Positions 15,743 to 22,856 of a DNA stretch of 32,000 nucleotides are shown here, one piece after another. Source of the stretch: Streptomyces sp. NBC_00258 (GTDB lineage: Bacteria; Actinomycetota; Actinomycetes; Streptomycetales; Streptomycetaceae); contig NZ_CP108081.1 in NCBI RefSeq assembly GCF_036182465.1, positions 3,374,349 through 3,406,348 on the forward strand. The letters run 5' to 3'. A program made the translations under genes and the position numbers. The notes beneath the pieces were generated by a model. The model saw only the letters and a program-made list of their open reading frames with translations. It was not told the DNA's origin and did no database searches. Within the stretch, counting starts at the first letter, position 1; each line of letters starts with the position of its first letter.

Positions 15743-16602
15743 CCCTTGATCCCGGAGTTCGCCATGCCCTCGACCAGGAACCGCTGGAAGGCGAGGAAGA
15801 ACAGGACGATCGGGAGGAGGGCGATCACCGACATGGCGAACATCGGGCCGAACGCGGACTGGCTGGACGCGTCCACGAACGACCTGAGCGCCAGCGTGAG
15901 CGTGAACTTCTCCGGCGAGAAGAGGTAGATCAGCTGGGTGAAGAAGTCGTTCCAGGTCCAGATGAAGGTGAAGATCGCCGTGGTGATGAGTGCCGGACGG
16001 GTGAGCGGGAGGATCACCAGGAAGAAGCTCCTGAACGGCCCGCACCCGTCGATCCGCGCCGCCTCCTCCAGTTCGCGCGGCAGCCCTCGCATGAACTGCA
16101 CGATGAGGAAGACGAAGAACGCCTCCGTGGCAAGGAACTTGGGCAGGATCAGCGGCCAGTAGGTGTTCACCATGCCGAGCTGGTTGAAGATGATGTACTG
16201 CGGGATCAGCACGGCGTGGTGCGGCAGCATGATCGTCGCGATCATGAACGCGAACAGCGGGCCGCGGAAGCGGAATCGCAGCCGGGCGAAGGCGTACGCG
16301 GCCAGCGAGCAGCTCAGTACGTTCCCGACGACCGCGCCGCCCGCGATGAACAGCGAGTTGCCGAGCAACTGCCACACGGAGACGTCGTTCACGCCGTCGA
16401 GGGCCGTCTTGTAGTTGGACCACTCCAGGCTGCTGGGCAGCAGGTCGAGGCTGGCGATGACCTCGTCGGCGGGCTTGAGCGAGGTCGCGAGCAGCCATGC
16501 CAGCGGGTACAGCATCACGAGCAGCGCGGCCAGACAGCCGAGGTGCAGGGCGACGCGACGCCAGGCGACGGGCTTGCGTACGGCGACAGTTGAGGTGGTC
16601 AT
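15739..16602 (-). CDS. carbohydrate ABC transporter permease (MalG-like)
   Basis: Trimmed to ATG 16602 (ATGA overlap). 287 aa. EAA loop present (ELEEAARIDGCGPFRSFFLVILPLTRPAL). Confidence 0.9.
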   Translation of the reverse strand: MTTSTVAVRKPVAWRRVALHLGCLAALLVMLYPLAWLLATSLKPADEVIASLDLLPSSLEWSNYKTALDGVNDVSVWQLLGNSLFIAGGAVVGNVLSCSLAAYAFARLRFRFRGPLFAFMIATIMLPHHAVLIPQYIIFNQLGMVNTYWPLILPKFLATEAFFVFLIVQFMRGLPRELEEAARIDGCGPFRSFFLVILPLTRPALITTAIFTFIWTWNDFFTQLIYLFSPEKFTLTLALRSFVDASSQSAFGPMFAMSVIALLPIVLFFLAFQRFLVEGMANSGIKG

Positions 16603-17540
16603 CGGTCCCCCTCGGACGCGTAGAAGACCCAGGATCGCGAGGTCCGGAACAGTACGGCGGTCACGGCTCCGATGACGAGGAGCAGTACCCAGGCCATCGC
16701 GGAGGCGTAGCCCATGTGGGAGGCGACGAAGCCGCGGTCGTAGAGGTAGAGCGTGTAGAAGAGCGTCGAGTCGGCGGGGCCGCCCTTGCCCGCGCTCACC
16801 GCGAACGCCGGGGTGAAGACCTGGAAGGCCTGGATGGTCTGGAGCACCAGGTTGAAGAAGATCACCGGGGAGAGCATGGGCACGGTGATGGACAGGAACT
16901 GGCGCCATCGGCTCGCTCCGTCCACGGACGCGGCCTCGTACAGCTCCGAGGGGATCTGCTGGAGTCCGGCGAGGAAGATGACCATGGGGGCGCCGAACTG
17001 CCACACCGTCAGCAGGGCGACGGCGAAGAGTGCCCAGCCCGGCCGGTTGACCCAGCCGCCCGTGCCCAGCAGGTTGTCGACCGTTCCGCCGTCGTTGAAC
17101 ACCGCCCGCCACACCAGGGCGATGGACATGGAGGCGCCGAGCAGGGAGGGGGCGTAGAAGGCCGAGCGGTAGAAGCCGCGGCCGCGCCGCATGGACTTGA
17201 GGGCGAGTGCGACGACCAGGGCGAGGCCGAGTTGGAGGGGCACGGCGATGACGACGTACGTGAGTGTCGCGACGACCGAGCGCCAGTAGCGCGGGTCCTC
17301 GGTGAACATCTGCGTGTAGTTGCGCAGGCCCACCCATCGGGGCGGGTTGAACAAGTCGTAGTCCGTGAAGGAGAGATAGAGCGAGACGGCCATCGGGAGC
17401 AGGGTCAGCACGGCGGCGCCGAGGACCCACGGGGAGAGGAACACCCAGGCGGCGCCCTCGCGTCGGCGCCTTCCGGGTCGCTTCGGTGGTGTGGAGGGCT
17501 TCCCTGCGCGGGCGGTGGCCGGTACTTCGGTGGTGGTCAT
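16599..17540 (-). CDS. carbohydrate ABC transporter permease (MalF-like)
   Basis: Trimmed to ATG 17540 (ATGA overlap). 313 aa. EAA loop present (ELYEAASVDGASRWRQFLSITVPMLSPVI). Confidence 0.9.
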   Translation of the reverse strand: MTTTEVPATARAGKPSTPPKRPGRRRREGAAWVFLSPWVLGAAVLTLLPMAVSLYLSFTDYDLFNPPRWVGLRNYTQMFTEDPRYWRSVVATLTYVVIAVPLQLGLALVVALALKSMRRGRGFYRSAFYAPSLLGASMSIALVWRAVFNDGGTVDNLLGTGGWVNRPGWALFAVALLTVWQFGAPMVIFLAGLQQIPSELYEAASVDGASRWRQFLSITVPMLSPVIFFNLVLQTIQAFQVFTPAFAVSAGKGGPADSTLFYTLYLYDRGFVASHMGYASAMAWVLLLVIGAVTAVLFRTSRSWVFYASEGDR

Positions 17541-18865
17541 GACCTCAGCTCCGCCTTCGCCTCGGTGACGTAGTCCTCGGCCGCCTCGCGGGGCGACATC
17601 TGCTCGTAGGACACCTGGTCGTAGTCCCGCTGGAAGGTGGTCTGCAGGGCACTGTCGCCCGAAGGCGGCGCCTGCGGCGGGGAGTTGAGGGTTCCGTCCA
17701 CGGAGGCCTGGTAGTCGGCGACCGTCTTGTCGAAGTCCTTCAGCTCGGGGGCCAGCGTCGTACGGATCGACTCGTTGACCGGGATGCCACGGGTCGCGCC
17801 CAGGATCTTCGCCGCGTCCCGGTCGTTCAGCATGAAGTCGATGAGCCTGGCCGACTCCTCGGGATGGCCCGAGTCGGCCGCGACGCCCATGAACATCGAC
17901 GGCTTGAAGTACTGGCCGGGGGTGCCGTCCTCGCCCGAGGGCATCGGCGCGAGCGTCACGCCCGTCGGGACGAGAGCCACGTATCCGCTCGACGGGGCGT
18001 CCCAGTTGAAGTCGGAGACGGACTTGCCGCGGCCGAGCGGGGTGTTCTCGACCGCGCCGTCGAGCTGGGTGGTCTGCTCGGCGGGCGACACCGCGCCCTC
18101 CCGGCGGAGCTTGTCGGTGAAGGTCCACCAGCGGGTCAAGTCATCCGCGGTGAAGCCAAGTTCGCGGTCCTTGGTGTAGAGCGACCTGCCCTGGCCGCGC
18201 AGCCACACCTCGAAGGCGTCCTCGCTCTGGCCCGGGTCGGTGGCGCCGGGCTTCCCGGTCTTCTCGGCGAGGGCGCGCATGGCGTCGGCCCAGTCGCTCC
18301 AGGTCCAGCCCTTCCGCGGCTTCTCGACGCCGGACGACTCCCACGCCTTGGTGTCGTACACGACCGTCTCCGTGCCGCGGGCCTGCGGGAGCGCGTACTG
18401 CTTGCCGTCCACGACCCCGGTGGCGAGCAGGCCGCGGTCGAACTCCTCGGTCCGTACGGCCTGTTGCTTCCCCAGGTCGAGGAGGACGCCGCCGGACGCG
18501 TACTGGTCGATCATGCGGTAGTCGAGCTGCATCACGTCCGGGGCGTCGCCGCCGGCCGCCTGGGTGGCGAGCTTCTGCTTGTAGGCGTCGTATCCGGAGA
18601 AGGAGGTCTGGACAACGATGTCCGGGAACTTCTTCTCGAAGAGGTCGATGGCCTCCTGGGTTCGGGCCGCTCTGTCCGGGTTGCCCCACCAGGTGTAGCG
18701 CAGGACGACGTTGCCGCCCGCGCTGCTCGACCCGCCCGTGTCGGAGCAGCCGGTGAGTGCCGTTGCCGCCGCGCAGAGCGCGAGGGCCGCGGTCGTCGTG
18801 CGAGACGGCCGGGGCTTGGCGGTCCTGCGGAACGGCCAGGACTTCCTTGTCCTGTTTCCGGGCAT
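17537..18865 (-). CDS. extracellular sugar-binding lipoprotein (ABC CUT1 family SBP)
   Basis: 442 aa. Signal peptide with lipobox LTGC. Contains YTWWGNPDRAARTQEAIDLFEKKFPDI. GAGGTG RBS. Confidence 0.9.
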   Translation of the reverse strand: MPGNRTRKSWPFRRTAKPRPSRTTTAALALCAAATALTGCSDTGGSSSAGGNVVLRYTWWGNPDRAARTQEAIDLFEKKFPDIVVQTSFSGYDAYKQKLATQAAGGDAPDVMQLDYRMIDQYASGGVLLDLGKQQAVRTEEFDRGLLATGVVDGKQYALPQARGTETVVYDTKAWESSGVEKPRKGWTWSDWADAMRALAEKTGKPGATDPGQSEDAFEVWLRGQGRSLYTKDRELGFTADDLTRWWTFTDKLRREGAVSPAEQTTQLDGAVENTPLGRGKSVSDFNWDAPSSGYVALVPTGVTLAPMPSGEDGTPGQYFKPSMFMGVAADSGHPEESARLIDFMLNDRDAAKILGATRGIPVNESIRTTLAPELKDFDKTVADYQASVDGTLNSPPQAPPSGDSALQTTFQRDYDQVSYEQMSPREAAEDYVTEAKAELRS

Positions 18866-18886
18866 GAGTGGGTCACCTCATTCGCT

Positions 18887-18900
18887 AGAAAGCGCTTCCA
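18887..18900. promoter_or_regulatory. LacI/GalR-type operator-like palindrome
   Basis: AGAAAGCGCTTCCA (10 of 14 positions self-complementary, central GCGC core). It lies in the 65-bp divergent gap between the SBP and the Gfo/Idh/MocA gene. Confidence 0.3.
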
Positions 18901-18930
18901 CCCCCCGGTACGACCCTAGGGAAGGTCCTG

Positions 18931-20346
18931 ATGTCAGAACAAGACCCGTGCATCGCATCCGCCACATCCGTCTCGTCGGCCGCGCCCGTCGCGCCTGTCG
19001 GGGCCGTCGGGGGAAAGCGTCGTCGTTGTGCCGTGGTGGGGCTGGGTGCGCGTGCGCGGATGTTCACCGAGGCGCTGACCGGGCCGTACGCGGACCGGAT
19101 CGAATTGGTGGGCTTCTGTGACGTCAACGCCCGTCGTATGGCCGTCCACAACGGGTGGATCGCGGCCGATCATCCTGGGCGGGGGGCCGTGCCTGCTTAC
19201 GCCGCCGAGGACTTCGAGGTCATGTTGCGGCGCGAGCGGGTGGATCTTGTTGTTGTGTGCAGTGTCGACCGCACCCATGACGACTACATCGTGCGAGCGC
19301 TGGAAGCGGGGTGCGACGTCGTCACGGAGAAGCCGATGACCACGGACGCCGACAAGGCCCGCCGCATTCTCGATGCTCGGCGGCGGACCGGGGGTGACGT
19401 GCGGGTCGCCTTCAACTACCGCTACAACCCGGTGCATTCGGCTGTACGGGAACTCATCGCGGCCGGGGAGATCGGCGAGGTCGGGTCGGTGCACTTCGAG
19501 TGGCTGCTCGATCTGCGGCACGGTGCGGACTACTTCCGGCGGTGGCACCGGGACAAGGCCAACTCCGGTGGGCTGATGGTCCACAAGGCCACGCATCACT
19601 TCGATCTGGTCAACTGGTGGTTGGGCACGGAGCCGGAGACCGTGTTCGCGCAGGGCGGGCTGTTCTTCTACGGCGAGGAGGCCGGGCGGCGGCGGGGGCT
19701 TGCTCGGCCCTATGCCCGGGCTCACGGGGCCGCTGCGGCGGAGGGGGATCCGTTCGCGGTGCGGCTTGCGGACTCCGAGGTGCTGCGTGCGCTCTATCTG
19801 GAGGCGGAGGCTGAGGACGGGTATCACCGCGACCAGAACGTGTTCGGGCCCGGGGTCAGCATCGAGGACGACATGGCCGTGCTTGTGCGGTATGCGTCCG
19901 GGGCCTCGTTGACGTATCACTTGACCGCCTACTCCCCCTGGGAGGGGTATCGCGTCGCCTTCAACGGGAGCGAAGGGCGGCTGGAGCTGTTGGTGGAGGA
20001 GTCGACGTGGACTCGGTCCGCGGTGCGGGCCGACGGGGCGAGTCCTGTCATGCACGGGGCGGCTGTCGGGGATGAGGCCGGGCGTACGGAGTTGTTGCTG
20101 CGGCGGTTCTGGGAGCCGGCTCGTGAGGTGAAGGTCGGGGGCGGGGTGGGTGCCGCTGAGGGTGGACATGGGGGTGGAGATGTGCGGATGCTGGCCGATC
20201 TGTTCGGCCCTCGGTCCGGCGGGGATGCCCTGGGGCGGGCTGCCGACGCGGTTGACGGGGCGAGGTCGTTGGTCACCGGGCTGGCCGCCAACGAGTCGTT
20301 CGAGACCGGGTTGCCCGTGCGGGTGCGGGATCTGTTGGACGTCTGA
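18931..20346 (+). CDS. Gfo/Idh/MocA family oxidoreductase
   Basis: 471 aa. Rossmann start CAVVGLGARARMF, then VVVCSVDRTHDDYIVRALEAGCDVVTEKP and the GGLMVHKATHHFDLVNWW motifs. The true start is uncertain, because the first ~30 codons have different codon usage. Confidence 0.85.
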   Translation: MSEQDPCIASATSVSSAAPVAPVGAVGGKRRRCAVVGLGARARMFTEALTGPYADRIELVGFCDVNARRMAVHNGWIAADHPGRGAVPAYAAEDFEVMLRRERVDLVVVCSVDRTHDDYIVRALEAGCDVVTEKPMTTDADKARRILDARRRTGGDVRVAFNYRYNPVHSAVRELIAAGEIGEVGSVHFEWLLDLRHGADYFRRWHRDKANSGGLMVHKATHHFDLVNWWLGTEPETVFAQGGLFFYGEEAGRRRGLARPYARAHGAAAAEGDPFAVRLADSEVLRALYLEAEAEDGYHRDQNVFGPGVSIEDDMAVLVRYASGASLTYHLTAYSPWEGYRVAFNGSEGRLELLVEESTWTRSAVRADGASPVMHGAAVGDEAGRTELLLRRFWEPAREVKVGGGVGAAEGGHGGGDVRMLADLFGPRSGGDALGRAADAVDGARSLVTGLAANESFETGLPVRVRDLLDV

Positions 20347-20371
20347 CGTCGTCGGCAGGCCGCGGGCTGCC

Positions 20372-20806
20372 TCACCAAGTGACGTGCAGGTTCTCGGGTG
20401 AGCGGTGGATCAGGGTCGGGCGCATCGTGACCGGGTGGTCGTCGGTGAGGCGGAGGGTGGGGAAGCGGGTCGTCAACTGCTACAGGGTCAGGCGGAGTTG
20501 CTCTCTCGCCAGTTGGGATCCTGGGCAGGTGTGCACCCCCAGGCCGAATGCCAGGTGCCGGCCCGGGGTGCGGGTGATGTCGAACCGCGAGGACGGCGGG
20601 GCCGGCATCACGTCCGGGCGCAGCGCGTTCGCCGAGGAGAAGTCGTCCGGGCGGCGGAGGATCTCCCTGACGTCCTCGTCTCTGGCCGCCAGCCAGGCGT
20701 CGAGTTCCGGGATGAACGTCAGGCCTTTGGCCCTTCTCGCGCGCTCGTAGTGGGGGTACGGGTCTCGTTGCAACTCGTCGAGTCTGCTGTGCGGTTCACC
20801 GTCCAC
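20372..20806 (-). pseudogene. cytochrome P450 relic: internal deletion plus in-frame TAG
   Basis: The N-terminal ~65 aa (DPYPHYERARRAKGLTFIPELDAWLAARDEDVREILRRPDDFSS) run directly into the C-terminal heme loop (RFDITRTPGRHLAFGLGVHTCPGSQLAR). TAG at 20480-20482 interrupts the frame. The same frame then continues QLTTRFPTLRLTDDHPVTMRPTLIHRSPENLHVTW to TGA at 20372-20374. Confidence 0.75.
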
Positions 20807-20865
20807 GGGGTCATGGTGCCGGACGCGTTCGGGGGCGGCTAGGGCGCTTCCGGGCCGGTGTGGGT

Positions 20866-20991
20866 GGGGCGGGGCCGTGCCGGTATGTCACGTTCGCGAC
20901 TGCCGGGCGTACGGCCCTGAGTCCTATTGGTGGGCGTTTCCAGCGGGAGCCGTACGTCGCGAACGTTGACATACCGGCACGGCCCCGCCCC
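20866..20991. repeat. 35/36-bp near-perfect inverted repeat with 55-nt spacer (MITE-like or long hairpin)
   Basis: Left arm GGGGCGGGGCCGTGCCGGTATGTCACGTTCGCGAC (20866-20900). The reverse complement of 20956-20991 is identical except for one extra A. An inner 8-bp pair is CGTACGGC/GCCGTACG. GGGT abuts both outer ends. Confidence 0.85.
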
Positions 20992-20993
20992 GG

Positions 20994-21485
20994 GTGCGTC
21001 GGCGGGTGCGGGGGACTTGGGTGGTTTTTGCCTACGATCTTGGCGTGGCTCTCTTTGTTGTGCGGCGGGACAGCGTGGTGGGTGTCGGTGAGGCTTGGCG
21101 GCGGCTCACTGCGTGGGAGAGGCATGCGGATGTGGTGCCCCTGACCCGGATCACTGTTGCCGCGAGGGCGGGGGGTGGCGTGGGCACCATGTTCGTGGCC
21201 CGGACCGGGGTCGGGGTACTTGCGTTTGATGACCCCATGGAGGTTGTCGTGTGGCGGCCGCCTGTGGGAGGGCGGGCCGGGGTCTGTCGGCTCGTCAAGC
21301 GGGGGGCTTTTGTAACTGGGTGGGCCGAGATTGAGGTGCGTTCGGGGGTGGGCGGTGGTTCGCGGGTCGTGTGGCGAGAGGAGTTGAGGGTGTGGGGGGT
21401 GTCCCGGGTTTTTGATTCCTTGGTGGGGTGGGTGGCTCGGTGGGTGTTCGGGCGGGTTGTGCGTCGGCTGTTGGTGCGGCCCTGA
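20994..21485 (+). CDS. SRPBCC (polyketide cyclase/START-like) family protein; start uncertain (GTG 20994, 21021 or 21042)
   Basis: 163-aa ORF. The segments EAWRRLTAWERHADVVPLTRI, FVARTGVGVLAFDDPMEVVVWRPP and VTGWAEIEVRSGVGGGSRVVWREELRV match my recollection of a conserved actinobacterial SRPBCC family. Composition is very atypical. Confidence 0.55.
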   Translation: MRRRVRGTWVVFAYDLGVALFVVRRDSVVGVGEAWRRLTAWERHADVVPLTRITVAARAGGGVGTMFVARTGVGVLAFDDPMEVVVWRPPVGGRAGVCRLVKRGAFVTGWAEIEVRSGVGGGSRVVWREELRVWGVSRVFDSLVGWVARWVFGRVVRRLLVRP

Positions 21486-21544
21486 CGGGGTGTGGGGCGT
21501 CCTCCACATGTCCGGCTGACGGTCCGTGGTGGGATGGCTGACGG

Positions 21545-22084
21545 TCAGGGATGGGATGGAGGTCGCGGCTGGAGGTTCTCGGGCAGCTCCGTGTACTTCA
21601 TGTACGCCTCCCGGCTGTCCGAGACGAAGGGCCACTGCCACAGCCTCTGTCGCAGCTCGGCCTCGGGCAGCCAGTCGTGCCACGCGATCTCCGACGGGTC
21701 CGGCGTGATGTCCCCGTCGACCTCATCGATGACGGCCTCGTGCAACCCGAGCCAGTACGGGCTGATCTCTCCCCGACAGAGGTACTTGAAGGCGAAGCGG
21801 ACCGTGGCCCTGATTCCGAGTTCCTCCTTCAGCTCCCGGGTCGCGGCCTCCTCGTAGGACTCCCCCGCTTCGACGGCTCCGCCCAGCAGCCAGTTGTACT
21901 GGCCGGGGAAGCGTGTGACGTGCTCCGGCCTGCGGTGCACGAGTATGCGTCCCCCTGGGTCGCGGCATACGACCGTGGCCACCCGGTGCAGCCAGCCGCG
22001 GCGGACGGCTTCGCCCCGGTCGACGATGTCGAGTACCCGGTCGTGCTCGTCGACGCGTTCCACCTGCTCGCCCGTGAGAGTCAT
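21545..22084 (-). CDS. NUDIX hydrolase
   Basis: Nudix box GGAVEAGESYEEAATRELKEELGI. ORF 21545-22156 trimmed to ATG 22084 (MTLTGEQVERVDEHDRVLDIV...). The longer start at 22156 cannot be excluded. Confidence 0.85.
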   Translation of the reverse strand: MTLTGEQVERVDEHDRVLDIVDRGEAVRRGWLHRVATVVCRDPGGRILVHRRPEHVTRFPGQYNWLLGGAVEAGESYEEAATRELKEELGIRATVRFAFKYLCRGEISPYWLGLHEAVIDEVDGDITPDPSEIAWHDWLPEAELRQRLWQWPFVSDSREAYMKYTELPENLQPRPPSHP

Positions 22085-22145
22085 GGAGCCCACCCTGCCA
22101 AAAGTCTGTGGAGTGCGGCCGAGCGGACTTGCGAGACTGGGATCC

Positions 22146-22805
22146 ATGAGCGACATGGAGAGATTCCGTCGGGCCGTTGTCGAGTGGGCGGCCGGTGGAG
22201 TGGGGGCGTCGGCGGCCGGTGAGAGCGCGCGGGAGCTGGCGGTCGGGGTCGGGCTGCGTACGGTCGTGCTCGTCGAGGGGGGCAGCGATCAGGTCGCGGT
22301 CGAGGTGCTGGCCACGCGGCGTGGCCGGGATCTGGATGCCGAGGGTGTGTCGGTCGTGCCGCTCGGGGGTGCGACCAGTGTCAGCAGGTTCGTGGATCTG
22401 TGCGGGCCTCAGGGGCTCGGCGTGCGGCTGGCCGGCCTGTGCGATGTCGGGGAGGAGCGCTTCTTCCGGCGGGCGCTGGAGCGGGCCGGGCTCGGCTCCG
22501 ACATCCCGCCGGAGGGGCTGGAACCACTTGGTTTCTACGTGTGCGACATGGACCTGGAGGACGAGTTGATCCGGGCTCTGGGCGCCGAGGTCGTGCAGCA
22601 AGTCGTGGTGGAACAGGGCGAGTCGAGGCCGTTCCGCACCTTCCGGAACCAGCCCGCCCAGCGGGAGCGGACCGTGGAGCAGCAGTTGCGGAGGTTCTTG
22701 GGCACGCACAGTGGCCGCAAGGCACAGTACGCGCGCGGGATGGTCGAGAGTCTGGATCTGGAGCGGACGCCTCGGCCGTTGGAGCGGCTTCTCGCCCACG
22801 TCTGA
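22146..22805 (+). CDS. stand-alone TOPRIM (OLD-nuclease-type) domain protein
   Basis: ORF 21894-22805 trimmed to ATG 22146 (alternative 22155). Toprim Glu in TVVLVEGGSDQVAVEVL. Acidic DxD cluster in FYVCDMDLEDELIRALG. Conserved tail QLRRFLGTHSGRKAQYA. No ATPase domain. Confidence 0.7.
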   Translation: MSDMERFRRAVVEWAAGGVGASAAGESARELAVGVGLRTVVLVEGGSDQVAVEVLATRRGRDLDAEGVSVVPLGGATSVSRFVDLCGPQGLGVRLAGLCDVGEERFFRRALERAGLGSDIPPEGLEPLGFYVCDMDLEDELIRALGAEVVQQVVVEQGESRPFRTFRNQPAQRERTVEQQLRRFLGTHSGRKAQYARGMVESLDLERTPRPLERLLAHV

Positions 22806-22856
22806 CTCTCGCCCCCTCCTGAGGACGCGTCTCGCCCCGGGGCGGGTGCGCCTGTG

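Noticed and set aside
20811-21683. 290-aa Pro/His/Thr-rich ORF on the minus strand opposite the SRPBCC gene.
   Set aside because: The + strand here has only ~7.5% A. Minus-strand stop codons, which need A on the + strand, are therefore almost absent. The ORF is a statistical by-product of the skew, and its codons would be A-ending and atypical.
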